Shown here in pieces: positions 37,977-50,811 of a stretch of DNA of 64,000 nt. A model generated the notes under the pieces. It was not told the origin of the DNA. It searched no databases and saw nothing but the letters and a program-made list of their open reading frames with translations. Position 1 is the stretch's first letter. Each line of letters starts with the position of its first letter. The DNA is from Ramazzottius varieornatus (taxonomy: Eukaryota; Animalia; Tardigrada): NCBI GenBank assembly GCA_001949185.1, contig BDGG01000023.1, forward strand, positions 62,001 through 126,000, written 5' to 3'. Both the position numbers and the translations under genes were made by a program.

Positions 37977-38171
37977 TTACTTTCCACCTTTTTTCCTTCT
38001 ATCTTTTTTGTTCCAGTAATGGTCGGGGCGATCGTACTTGTTTGGACCGTCGTCAGAAACAAAGTCGTAGGGAGAAAGATCTGGGGAGACGCGTGCATCA
38101 AGTGTGCTGATCCCCAAGAGGACAGTTGGAACCACGCTTAATGATCGTATCAGTCCATGAATTCCCACCAT
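37977..38171 (-). CDS. Possible small secreted peptide or first exon
   Basis: MVGIHGLIRSLSVVPTVLLGISTLDA followed by an acidic/Tyr core and a basic tail KKDRRKKGGK. Confidence 0.35.
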   Translation of the reverse strand: MVGIHGLIRSLSVVPTVLLGISTLDARVSPDLSPYDFVSDDGPNKYDRPDHYWNKKDRRKKGGK

Positions 38172-38434
38172 TGCAGAAGACCTCTTTATAGTTCCGGAAT
38201 ACCACAACACTACGTTGGAGACTACAAAAAATGTTCCAGTTCAGATTTAGAACGGCCCAGTTTATCAGACCACACAGCCAAACCAAAACCTTAACGGTAA
38301 ATTCTGCAAGTAAGGTTGCCAAGCACATAAGGAAGGAAGAAAGGAAGGAGAGCCTGCCAAACCCAGTAACGAAACAACACGCTCCATAAGTCAAGCAGCG
38401 CTGAAGTCACGAAAGTCGCACAATTTAGTGGAGA

Positions 38435-41321
38435 TTATTTCTTCGCAAAAGCCATTTTTGCTCTAACATCAGCCGCAAAGTCCATCGGTAGCGCCGTCAG
38501 CGAAACTTTTTCCTTTTCCTCGCCCTCGTCTTTTACCAGCGGTTTCCTCTCGATTCCGAGTTGTCTCTTAAGGGGCGGTCGCAGTTTTTCCTCCTCCTCG
38601 TTGTCGTCATACTCGGTCTGCGTGTCTGCCTGCCCGGGAACCTTCTCGCCCATCTTGGCTACTAGAGTACCTACACCTTCATCCTCTGGCTGCCAGTCAA
38701 AGACTGTCGGTAATTTTCTGTGCCGCATTTCGTCCTCTTCGTCTTTGACCCATGCCTCGTACTGTCTCATGGCTTCTTGCGCCATGGCACTAGCTTTCTC
38801 TTTGGGAAGGTCTTTCTTGACGACAGCTTCTTGTGGGGTGATTGGACCTATAATAATGCCACCCTTACATGTACTTCTCTGAAAATGAACCATTCTGAAG
38901 TTTTATTGGTATCGTCTTGTGGCACTGACCGGGTCGGAATGGCAAATTGTACGCTGGGTCGAGTTTATCTTCCCGTTCAGCGAGTGGTGGTACTTTGCCA
39001 GATTTGATAGCAGCTGCGATGGCTTCTTGACGTGCGGCAGATTCTTTGCGCATTTGAGCAAGTTTCTCACGACCACGCCCTTCGAGGATCTTCTCTCGGC
39101 GGCTTTCACGTTCGAAGAGTTCGCCAACGTCTGTCTTTTCTTTGGCTGTAGGGATGAACAGAGCATTGGACACTTCAGCGATGCCCCATGTACCATTGAT
39201 CCCGCCGACGGCATACAAGCGACCTTCGTCATGTGGGGATACGCTTGTTAAACATTTCGTATCCACCTGAAAAGTTGAACGTCATTTATTCGCTTGCGTT
39301 GAGCCAGCTAGCGGTGAACTCCTTACGTCAATCCAAGCTGCTGGTGTTGTACAGCGAACTCCTCGGTTGAGGTCGTACGCAGCGAGGCAGCCATTCGTTT
39401 GTGTCGTCATGAAGACACCGGGTCTTGTAGAACTCCAGCATCCGGAAGTGAAGTGGCCTTCTGTGGGCCTGACGTCGATGGTCCAACTGTCGCGGCAGTC
39501 TTCGGCGAAAATCTGGAAGGGGAACACGTAGAGGAGGAACTCGGAGTTAGGGGGTGTAAATTAATGCGACTAACTTTGGCATCGTCACAAGTGACTGCGA
39601 GCATGTAACGCGGATGAGCGATGTTTCTTTGTAGGGAAAGGACGGGAGTGACCACGTCCTTCCATACCCAGGTGATCTTTTCATGGGCGTTCTTTGATTT
39701 CCGGTTGATGTTAAAGATATAGCCTTTGTCGCTCCCCGCACACAATCTGCTTGGCTGGAAGGAAGGACAGAGCTGTGCTAACAGTGATCCTTGTCACAAA
39801 GCCTAATTCAGTATAACTTACTATTCCTTGATCAAAGTCGACTGTGGAACAAGGTGCACCCTCTTTCAAGGTTGGTGCTTTTGTTCTGTTGGGATCCATG
39901 ATGATTCGTTCGATCGGTTCATCCCACTTTCTGATATCCCAGAAGATCATCTGCAGAAGAATACAAATCCCTTATTTTGTTCCTCCATCACTACTAATGT
40001 GGCGGAAGATTGTCGAACCAGGAAGTACAGTACGTGTCAAGGTGAATGACATACCTGACCATCCATCCCAACGGAAACTATCTCCGTCATGGTTTTAGAC
40101 TGAAGCCATTGCACTTTCCGGCAGATTTTTTCATGACCAATCTCTAATTCGGTTGTCAATGTCGGTTCTGCACCCACACGAGTGTCCCACTGACCTAACG
40201 AAGTAACCATGCACAGATCCGTCTAATTAAGGCACTGTACTCGTACACGACGATGGGATCGTCCCTCTTACTCAGCTGGCCGGTCCACAGCGAACCAACT
40301 ATGCATGTTGTGTCTTTTGGATTGTAGACGATGGAGTACAGTCTGAAGGGAGGCACGAATATCTGCAGAGGCTTGTACATCAAGTCTGCAAAACGAACAT
40401 GCATGGGATTTCCACACTCATCGGCAAGACTTGAAACCACGTACTGACATCCCAGATTGATCCGAAGAGGGCTTCGTCGTGGTATGGTACGTTAGGGTCG
40501 CCGTTTTCCTGGTAGCAGACCGCCACTTTACCCATGCCCTCAGGAAAGAAGAAGAGGTCTTGGACTTTCCGGTCGAGCTTGCATGTCGAGTCTCTGAAAG
40601 GAAGCTTGTTCGATCCTCAGAGCAGTCGCTGAAGGATGTGAGACTGTGCTTACTGATATTCAGCCAGGAGTTTGATGTTGAAACCATCAGCGTATGTGAC
40701 ATCGACTTCCTCGTCGTCAAAATACTGGTCGAGGTAATCGAAGATATTATTATCTTTAACTATCCTTTCGATGTCCTGAACAAGCAGAAGCAAGGTGTTT
40801 TGTGTTTAGGTTGTGTAGGGCTATTACTGAATTTTCAAAACCTCAGTGGCAGACAGCACGAATGAAACATAGCTTTCTTCCTTCTCGATAATTTTTCGGT
40901 ATCGTGTTGTCTGCTCCGGGTCGGCAATCTGGATGTCTTTCGGCCATGCGCCTTCGGTAAAACTGAGCGACCTTGATTCCGTAAAGGGTACTTCCGTGTT
41001 CGTCTACACGGAGGACGAAAGAGATGTGTTACAACGGATCGTCAAAAAGTTTCGTTTCAGTATTGCGTCTGAACATACGAAACTGGTCGAATATGCGCAG
41101 CCTTCCTGCGTTCCATTATCCGTAAAACTCTTCTCAATAAACTGATCTTGATGTTCAGGGTTTGCAGATCGTGTGATTAGCTGAACAGGATCGAGGTGGT
41201 CGTACTGGACTAAACGCCCAAAGTCTCGTTGTTGCTTTGGAATGAAAGCTCGCAGCCGAGGGTGTGGTTTCTCCGGAAGAGCATTTTCTTCGTCACCGGC
41301 TGCAGATGAAGTGTCGGCCAT
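38435..41321 (-). CDS. DNAI2: Axonemal outer-arm dynein intermediate chain (WD40), DNAI2/IC2-like
   Basis: RDFGR..NPEHQDQFIEK; EGAWPKDI..DPEQTTRYRKIIEKEE; WD repeats (FWDIRK..EPIE, GCWSSTRPGVF); TAKEKTDVGELFERESRREKILEGRGRE. Confidence 0.85.
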
Positions 41322-41691
41322 TTGCTGGACTCTTCTAACAGCCTTACGATGGCAAGAAGAACACGGGCGAACTACGCGGCTAGTGTGTTGGTCTCGGTAT
41401 AACTCGCTCGGCATAACCGCTTAGTACTGTGTTGCTCAGGTTACATTGGCACCTGTTGCAGTCGACAGCGCGCCATCTACCGCTGTAGTTCGACTGTGAG
41501 AGAAGTAGCTCCAAGATCCAACAAGTACGAGGACTGCAAGTAGGTGGTCTCTTGCCCATTCTCAGTCCGTCGTTAGCGTTAACAGGAAGCCTACTGACGC
41601 AAAGAGCTGTCGAATGTCCAAAAAGAATCACTGTCTTCGTAGTATCTGCCGTGCCATTCGCATATTCGGTTGATTAAAAATCTACTTTAAA

Positions 41692-41800
41692 ACCGATCAT
41701 TTCGGACATACTTCGCACATTATGCCCCTGTCGGCGTGCAGTAAAGTATTATGTAATGGCCTACGCTCCAAATGTACGACGCATGTCCGAAATGACCGGT
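41692..41800. mobile_element. Small MITE-like inverted repeat (~110 bp)
   Basis: ACCG(A/G)TCATTTCGGACAT..TCG.ACATT arms, 26/30 identical. Confidence 0.7.
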
Positions 41801-42342
41801 AGTTTATATGGTCGAAAACGTTAACGTTACCGTCGTCCTCGAATATAGCTAAGCCTGAGAGACCTGCTCAACCGGTTTTCTACCGTGAAGGACATACTTT
41901 TTTTGCTGTCATTGCCACTGTCGTAATAAATGTTTGTTTACAAGCTGATCGCTGCCATTTCTCCTCATAAGATGGGCAAAAAGTGTTTACACGTCGCGGT
42001 GAGTTGTTTGCGGCCATGTTAGCGCGAGGCCATCATACAGTTCCTGATGTGAGCACACCGTGCAGCCGTACACAACCGCGAATTAAGAACAGAAAAACCA
42101 GCTTGTGACCACCTCCTCTGTTTGCTATTCTCACGCACACGCCAGACAACTATACCTGATTATACCGTACAATCGTCGAGTGAGTTGACGACGTTACGAG
42201 ACAGCAGAAGAAAGAAACACAACTCCTTTGAATTGTTAGTTTTTCTCGCATAAACAACGCTCTCACCCTTTGAACCACTGCTCGAAACGTAATTTTCTCC
42301 CTGATGTTCATCCGTTCACAACGAAATCGCCAGAGTTCGAAG

Positions 42343-44506
42343 ATGGAGCTATCCTGGAATATCTTTACCATCCTCTCGTGCCTAGTTTTTGCTTCAGTCT
42401 ACGGTAAGAAAATAAGTAGAGGGTTGATGTTGCCTTATCACGTTCAAGCAACGATCTGGAAACTTCTTCTGGACACGATGGTACTCAAGCTTGACAATTA
42501 ACACGACGGAACTGTGGCTGCTTCATCAAGTCCTGAACTGGAACCCCTTCAAACTGGTATCGTATCTCATGAATTATTATTTCCAGGTGCCGATCAGGCA
42601 ATCAGACAGCCAAGCGAAGCCGATCTCTTCGCACCATTGATGTCCGCCGAGACAGACTGGAGTGATATCTTGTATGTCTGCGACTTTTACAAGACCTTGA
42701 CTTACGCCTGCAATGTCACTCAAACTGGTGCTGGCGCTCTCAAAAATAAACCCGTCAAGCCGAGTACCATCGAAGTCAAGCTGCCCAAGTTTGTCATCCA
42801 AAATGTGACTGGCACCTGGAAGACAGAAGACGGTAAGCAAACGGCCATTGGCTATTTATGCTATGTACGTACTGTAACTTATTAGGTTGATTGCAGATTA
42901 ACCATCGATATTTTTAGGTTTGATGAAGTCCAACTACGTTACCGTCGACTACATGGACATCGTTGCCAAATGTTTTTTCCGCACCTCATACTATGAGTGC
43001 TTCGGAGTGCCGCGCTGTGATGGAGGTGGAGCCATGTCAGCTTGCCATGGTGGCGAACCTTGGCGAGGAAGTTTCCACGGGGCTCCAAACACCGGTAAGC
43101 AATGAGCAGATAAATGCGGAATTTTCTAGAAACAATCTTCAAATGGGCCAGCGGCAGAGTAAGTCAGTAAGGCGTGGCTAGATGACGTTATAGAGAACGG
43201 GCTACAAGAGGAAATGGCAGCCAATGCCCATCCAATCAGCTGACCTTACCGTAGTAAACCCGCTCTTTTGTTTGCTTCGCAGTGTTTCTTTCCGACTCGA
43301 TTCCCGTTCCATACTTCAGAATTAGGCTCCGCCTTACTTGACTTACTCTGCCGCTCGCCCAAATGCATAGCTTATCGCGGAAACCGGTTGTAAATAGCGA
43401 GTCCACGTGCATCGGCAAGAGACTTTCGACTTTGACCAATGGGCGCATTTTCGTGTCACTCACAGAGTCGTACTTGCAACGCGCACTTTTGACTAAATGT
43501 CCGGGTCTTGAACTGGTAGTTCTTGATCTAACATTGGGGTCTTGTAGGCTTTACTGGAAATGTTACCGCCATGGCCATGGAGAGCCCCGCTAGTCCATTG
43601 TCCGATGAGCCTATGCCTTCGGAATCGCAACAACCCCAGGCTTTCCGTTCAGTCGAGTTTCCCAACAGTCCTTCCCAAACACAATTCTTCAACCTGAGTG
43701 GTCCCGGTCCCAAGTCCCTCCTAACCATCACGAACTCTTCCGGCACCTTCACATTCACCGGCCCGCTGCCCACTCAACCATTAACCGTCCCAGCCAACGG
43801 CAGCTTGTCCTTCGTGCAAGTCCACCCCTTGAACAGCAGCGACGGCTCCACTAGCGGTATCAGCGTGTCCAGCTTCGCCTCCTTCAACGCCGGCAACAAC
43901 AAGAACGTCCTGCCCGAAAGCCCGAACTTTTCGTTCGGTGGACCCGGTGGGCTGTTCGGAGGGTTGAGCGGCTTGGGTTCGCTCTTCGGACCTTCGAGCT
44001 TCGGTGGATTGGGTTCTGCAAGTTCGGAGTCACCGAGGTCTGACTTTGGTCCGAGCTCAACCGGCATCGGTCAGAACAAGGTGAACGACAGCTGCGAGTC
44101 GCCTTCGGACGGTATGCAGTACAGTCAGTCTTTGAACTGTTTGATCCAGAACTTCCAAAAGCGAATTCTGTCATCGGTTATGAATTCCTTCACATTCCCC
44201 CCATTTGGGTCGTCACCGTCCATGTTCCAGCCCATGCAGATGCAGTCATTCGGTTCGGCTCTGCCAGCCAGGTCTTCGATTTTCGGACAGAGTCAAAGTC
44301 AAAGCCAAAGTCAGAATCTGGGATTGATGAGCCAGAGTCAAGAAATGAAACCTGAAGGTGGAATGGCTCGCTCGTTCATGAGTTCGCCGCGAAACGGCTT
44401 TGGCGGATATCAAGTGTACATTGTGCCTGATAATCAAGTCCCCATGCGAAGCCGACCTTCGTCGAGTATGGACGACATGATGTCGTGGTTGATGGCTCGG
44501 AAGTAA
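42343..44506 (+). CDS. Orphan secreted protein: Cys-containing N-domain plus long Ser/Gly/Pro/Phe/Met/Gln-rich low-complexity C-terminus
   Basis: Signal MELSWNIFTILSCLVFASVY; phase-1 GT-AG introns link ~42403/42588, ~42832/42918 and ~43094/43548 into the 43571-44506 ORF. Confidence 0.65.
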
Positions 44507-45700
44507 CCGGTGGACGGACTGCAGAGGCTGAAATCTCAACGAGGAATTGTTAATATTTACGCGCTTTATATATATCAAGGTTCGAGTTATCTTGTATCTG
44601 GTACCATGTTCTAACTATGAGTCGATATGAAGCTGTGGAACTCGGTTGCCCGTTGCATGCTCCTAATAAAACAAATCTCGTAACATTACCATGGGGAATT
44701 CGAAATTCAAATGAGACTCCAGCGTTTACCGCCCTCTTGCTTTCCTTAAAATACAAAAACTCCATCGCGAAGTTCGATAGTTTTACTAAGATTAGGATGG
44801 ATACGGAAAGATTTCAGAACACTGACTTTCGCGCCAGAAGCCAAGAACCCTAGGTACGTCTCGCTGTGAGACATGGATCCTGCTGCGCCTGCTGGCCGTA
44901 TGAAGTTCGTGTCATGATCGCAGGAGGAGGCGCAGCCAAACGCACCCTTACTGTAAAATCAGTTGATCCCAAAAATTTTTGAGGGTTTCCAGGCAAAATT
45001 GTAGTGGCAGCCCTGGGTTTTAAGGTAAGTTCAACAGTGCCCTGACGAATCATGAAACGAACTTTTTGGCGAGACAGTCGAGACTGCGAGAGGCATCCAT
45101 GCTGTGAGAGGGGTATCTGCATATAAAAATGCGTCCTAAGCATGTGTAACCAAATTGTTCATGAGAGCGTTCTAGAGTTTCTGTACCCCAGGGGGAACCT
45201 CCAACGGGACCTTCCTCTACATCAAACGGACCCTGAGGAAAATTGAATCTCTGATCAAAATCAAGTTTTGACCACAGATGAGAAAGTTAGGAAGAACAAG
45301 GTGGAAGCACCGAATTCCCATGTACTGCATAATCGGCACGCTGATCGGTTATATGCGCTGTCCGCCTTTACTTCAATCAACTTTTCAAATACCTATAGTG
45401 CCGAGACGACGTGCACCGGAAGCGCTCGGTAGTGCGCGTACCAAACTGCAGCGCGTTGCTCGTGTTAGGACCGGCTCTTGACACCCCTGTGTTTTTCGGG
45501 TGGTATCATCAAATATTTCAGCCACTGGTTCTGATTTTATTACCGCACCAAAGTGCAGCAAATTGAACCTACGTTGCAGTCCAAGTTTTCAAAGAGCTTG
45601 ATGTCAAAAAGGACCTATTCCGAGCCGAAACACTTTGGACGCATTCCTATAATATTATGCAGATACAGTACCCAGATACCGGTGGTAACGGCGCGCCGGG

Positions 45701-45794
45701 CGGACTTCCGCTGTTGACTTGCCTGACTGATTTAGCTGAACGTTGCAACGTTTAGCTATACAATCAGGCAAATCAATCAGTCAACGAGAGTCTG
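45701..45794 (+). promoter_or_regulatory. Pri-miRNA-like hairpin in the putative pasha 5' UTR
   Basis: ~33-bp imperfect stem: TTGCCTGA/TCAGGCAA and TAGCTGAACGT/ACGTTTAGCTA around a TGCA loop, with a lower stem TTGA/TCAA or GTTGACT/AGTCAAC. Confidence 0.65.
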
Positions 45795-45944
45795 AAGGCA
45801 CTGAGTTAGACATTAAGTATTACGAGTAGTCTTTCAATTTTCATTTTCCTTGCGCTTCGGCTTCGCGGTGTCGTACTTTACTCCCATCTGTGTTCCGGTT
45901 TGGGCTTTGCAGGTCTAAGTGCTGAAGTGTCCGAGGGTCGAAGA

Positions 45945-48900
45945 ATGAGCTACAATGGTCGAGGATGTCCGATTCGGCAGGAGAAGCGTCAGCACGATGA
46001 TGTTCAGGAGACTGAGCCGGAGCCAAACAAAAAGTCTTTGCTCAGCAAAGACTTTGTGGATGGCTCTTTACAGCCCTTGAATCTCACTTCTCACCTCAGC
46101 AGGATGAATGAGAACTGTGCAGAAAACAATAGGTTAGCTTCAATGCCGACGGAGGAGACTGTGGTCAATGCAGTGAAAGCTGGACAGCTGGAATCAAGCA
46201 GGTAATTTATCATGTGGTTATCGATTGATTGCTGATTGATTGTTGAGTTCCAGTTGATAGCCGAACGCTGATTGATTCCGTTTCTGCAGTTTGTCGTTTG
46301 AGGAGGACTTCTTGATGGATTCGGAGCCTTCCAGCAGCAACTATGGACCTCCAGCTGTCGGCTATGAGGCATCCTACGAATTTGACAGCAGCTTGCTCAA
46401 CACCAGCGATTACTTCTCTCTGGAGACTGAAAACGAAGCGCAGACGCTTGAGACGAGTGAACAACAGGCCTCATCGTTGGACGCTTCTCGTTTTCAGCTC
46501 TTTCTCGAGAATGAACCCGTATCTGATGAAACTAGTAGACCCATCTCAGCAGCAAAGGTTTACACCTGTCCGCTGTATTCTTCGGAAGAGGAGGCTTCGG
46601 AAAGTGACCAAGATGAAACGGTAAAATTATTTTGTTTTTTTTACACCGTACGTGCCGACATATTCACGAAACACTGCGCGAAATGATCGGGGTGAGCTTG
46701 GTTGTGTATGTTCAGTCAGCTTTAGTGAAATGGCGCGTTAGCGTGTGTCACCGTGCCTCGAAATGCGCGGCTCCCGGGAGTGACAGTCTCTTGTTTCAGT
46801 TGCTTTATTTTGCAGGACGAGTGGCAGAAGGACACAGAAGTGATCTCCGAAGGCTCTGAAGCGTCACTGGAAGATGGTGAGTTGAACGAGGACGACGTGG
46901 ACGCAATGCTGGAGGATAATGATGGGATACGGAAGAAAGACAAGAGCGAGAAAGTAGCGCCGATCACGACCGTAGAGAAGTTCTTCATTATCGAGCGCAG
47001 CAACCAGCTTTTCGAGTTTTTGCCAGAAGGATGGCTGAAAGTGATACACCAAAGCGGTATTCCGATTTACTTTCACAAAGAGTCGCGCATCTGTACACTA
47101 AGTCGTCCGTACGGACTGGGTAAGGCTAGTCTTCGTGGTCATCGCATTCCTATCAGTGCCATTCCGTGCCTGGACTACCAACGAGCGAAGGAAGAGGGTG
47201 CGATGAAGGTGAAAGCTGCAACAGACGCACGTCCCGCCGACGAGGTAAGCTTCGAGAATTCGCTAGCGATCGCTTTTCGAGATCAGCATGATTTTATACC
47301 GTTGATTGTCTGATAGCTGTATTGAGGTGCATGCAGTAGGTGCTTTCTGGGCGCGTGCTCGCACCAACGATATGGTGCTCGCTTTGCCTCACCTGCCTGC
47401 ATACAGTGCTCTGTAAAGTTGTGTATGCTGGTCGTGTTTTTCCCCTCTACCGTTAGCGTAACGATGGGTTTGCTTCTTTTCAGGTTCCTGGGGCGACTTT
47501 GGAAGGGGCCGATGTCGATGTTTTCAAGTCCGCTAAGGTACTGACAGCGGATGAGCACATCCAGAAGTCACTGCTTTCCGCTGCCGAAGTGCGACAGTAC
47601 TGCTCGAAAGTCTTTGACTTCCAGTCCAAGATTGTCCGTCGCTTCAGCTCCTGGAAAGTTGGCCGCGGACGCCAGCGCTTGATGAAGAAAATCAAACACG
47701 AAGAGACAACTCAAAACCAAATAAACCGTCGAACCAAAACAAAAACAGACATGGAAGAGGATAACAAAGCGATGCCTTCCACCATGCTGAAGAACGCCAC
47801 CATCGTGACATTCGAGAGAGCAGACAAAGATGGCAAGATGAAAGTCTTCCATATTAATAACCCAACGACGAAAACGTCGGTTTCTTTGCTGACCGAATTC
47901 GTCCAGCATGCTAAGAAGACTAAGCCGGACTGGAACTTCATGGACGTTCCGGATGTGAATGCGCCGTACCAGTGTGTGGTCTCGGTGGAGGGGAAAGAAG
48001 AAGGAAGGGGGATGGGCGGAAGTAAGAAGGCAGCCAAAGCGGCAGCTGCTGCGACGGCTATCGTGAAACTGGCTCCGGAATTCAAGAAAGTCCTTGAAGG
48101 TAAACGTGCGGAATGGCGGCCAATTTGGAGGTGGTGGGTAAGCCGCGTGAACGATCGTGTCGTTTTACCGTCACGTGCATACGTCTGTCTGTGCTCTTGT
48201 CATGCTTATCCGGTATGCAGGCGCTTGGGAGCACGCACACTGTTTGTTCGCGCGCTGCGTGAAGCTCCTGCCTACCATAAACCATAGTTCCGTGACGGTG
48301 TATTGGTATGCAGGTGCACGAAATATTGCGCCTTTTGTTTGTCGATCCCAGAGTAGCTTTACTTCGCTGTTTCCGAACGAGATTAGGTCTGAACTTTCGT
48401 GATTTACAGGAGAAGCGATGCTAGAGAACGACGAGGACATTTTCAGAGACATCGCCATCGAAGACCAACGCGTGAACGACATCACGCACAAGGCAGGAAT
48501 TGCTCAACCTTACCAACTGCTCAACTTGGCCTTGACTCGTCGGCAAGGTTCTCAGCACCAGAAAGTCGACTTCAAGACCGAAGTTGGCAAGAGCGGAGCC
48601 AAGAAGAACGACTACCACATGAGGGCGGTAGCCGGAGATCGGGAGTACTCTGCCATGATCGTGTCGCCTGAACGGCACATCGCGAAACAGATGTGTGCCC
48701 AGAAGATCTTGCAGGAGATGCACCCCGATCTGAAGTACTACGGTCAGCTGCTGGAACTGTACGGTGAATCCCATCAGAGGAACATCCGCAAGAAGAAAGC
48801 TACCCAACGCTCCATCACGGACTTGCAAGCAAAGGGCAAGTGGGGCGAACCCAACTGGGAACTGTTGGACAAGCTCAAAGAGGAAATGAGAAAGATTAAG

Positions 48901-48945
48901 GTGGAGGCGGGAAGCCAACGACATAGCAGCATCCGCTACGATTGA
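45945..48945 (+). CDS. DGCR8: Microprocessor subunit Pasha/DGCR8
   Basis: WW/heme region LPEGWLKVIHQSGIPIYFHKESRICTLSRPY..HRIPISAIPCL; dsRBD1 (KTSVSLLTEF..GGSKKAAK); dsRBD2 (PYQLL..AKQMCAQKILQEMHP..YGQLLELYG); C-terminal PNWELLDKLKEEM. Confidence 0.92.
48267..48314. repeat. Representative copy of intronic palindrome family B (CCTGCATAC-N30-GTATGCAGG)
   Basis: Copies at 6851-6898, 8725-8772, 33902-33949, 48174-48221 and 48267-48314 all have 30-nt spacers. The copy at 47396-47431 has an 18-nt spacer. Confidence 0.85.
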
Positions 48946-49397
48946 TCTTGAGCCTTTCATGATTTTATTCTCTTATCGAATGTACTAAGTTACCAAATGT
49001 ACTGATGTGCGGTGTGTTTTGTAGCTTGCGTGGTTCCTGCCTTTCTGAATTCTTCCTCGACATTCTTCACCGGTTGCCTAACTTGCATTTGACCGCTTTT
49101 ACTGCTCTATTCTTTACCTTATTCAGTATCGCCCACAACTGGTCTATCATTCTTACAAGAGAGTTCTTGGTTTGTCATGAGTAAAATCGGAGGATCTCGT
49201 TCATCAGCTCGAATTCCTAAAAAGTGTCTGGTTGTTGGATCGAACTCCTTGGGCTGTCGGTTATCTTGATTCAAACATGCACCATGACTCAACGTTATGC
49301 TGCGGGATGTGGCAGGTCATCTGCATCACATGGGCAATTCTACTTGAAAATAAGGTTGTTCTTGTCCAAAGAATCTTGTCCAAACAATGGTAGTAAA

Positions 49398-50519
49398 TAG
49401 GGCTGTTAAAAACCAGTCCAGCTACGGATGGATCCGGATCGATCCGGATAGAATTCGGATTGGATGGGCTTTCCCATCCATCCAGCGCCCAACCGGATGG
49501 AAGTCCCATCCATCCGAACGCATTTCGGATGGGCCTTCCATCCATCCAACTTTCTATCCGGATAGAACCATGGCTTGGACAGGGACTTAAACCAGTTTAC
49601 CTATTGAAAATCGATCAAAGCCGGGAGCAATTCGGACTTTGGTCCGCTCGAAAACCCGAGGTATGATCGAACACAAGCAGGTCGCTGAGGTCGCCATCTC
49701 AAAAGCTACTGTAGTGCTCGCAGTTTATCGCGCACTCAACCACGTGAACAGTAAATAACGCCCGATCGGGGATTTTAGACGTTGTACTGCTTTATCAACA
49801 ACCAATGATTGGCCATCGGTTAAGACAAGTGTTATTCTGAAAAGTCAAACTCAAATTGCTCATTTCCATCTGGAGCGTTTTCCGGTATCTGCTCACTTTT
49901 CTCCGGTCCTCGCTTGCCCGGAATCTTTGCTTTGTGAAGCAAAAACATGAGGTTCCGTGAAGCTTATCAGCTGCTTATGGAACAGGTATCATTCGACTCA
50001 CCACCAGCTGCGCATGGCTGATTCCGGAATTCCTGTAAGCTGCTTTCTCCTCGATAATCCGCTCTCTTCATAGTTTCTCAAAGCTTTCTCCGCATCCTCA
50101 TCGCTATAAATATACGGGTCCTAGCCATGACAATGTTTTCTACCTTCGGATCCAGTGAAAGAAACTGGAATTTGGACCGGATCGTTTTTCAAAATAACTG
50201 ACGACCCATTAAAGTCAATCAACTCATGCCCTTCTGGCAACAGCTGATCTTGCCGGGCAAACCTGACTAATCACGTGGTTGAGTGCGCGATAAACTGCGA
50301 GCACTACAGTAATATAAACCCCCTTCTCACAGGAAATTTTTTTTGTGTTGTGTAATATTTCAGTAGGCTATCCGATTGGGAACGGGATCATCCGGATAGG
50401 CGGTCAATCCATCCATCAACCATCCGGATGGAGATCCCATCCATCCAGCAACAATCCGGTTGGCGGTTCCGTCCATCCGCTCATCCATCCGTTTAACCAT
50501 TTAACCATTAACAACCCTA
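49398..50519. mobile_element. hAT-like non-autonomous element with CCATCC/GGATGG subterminal repeats
   Basis: TIR TAGGG(C/T)TGTTAA; degenerate 8-bp TSD GTAGTAAA / CTAGTAGA (6/8 match). Confidence 0.7.
49709..50309. mobile_element. TA-flanked (Tc1/mariner-type) MITE, 601 bp, nested in the element above
   Basis: Perfect 39-bp TIR CTGTAGTGCTCGCAGTTTATCGCGCACTCAACCACGTGA with TA on both sides. Confidence 0.9.
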
Positions 50520-50811
50520 CTAGTAGAGCGGTATGAGTCTAATTTTTCCTTCGTGAATCGTGGACAGCGGGTTCCTAATGGCCCATAAGCTCGGAAATGA
50601 AGGTTAACGGCGGTAACGCCCGATGTTACCGGTCAAATATTGAGCGAGAATAACGATAAATCTGCAAATGGTTCTTAGTCATCCTATTGTCGGATCAGTG
50701 TCCGCGATAAGCTTTTCCGCAAAGTACGACGTGGAGTATTCACTCGCATTTACAAATTTGCGCCCTCCATTTGCATCCTCGGCCGGTATCTGTATTATTT
50801 TCCTACCCACA

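Noticed and set aside
46220-46280. CTGATTGATT repeats in a pasha intron complementary to AATCAATCAG in the 5' hairpin
   Set aside because: (AATC)n-type tracts also occur elsewhere in the window (~31016, ~32166, ~61465), so the match is probably coincidental.
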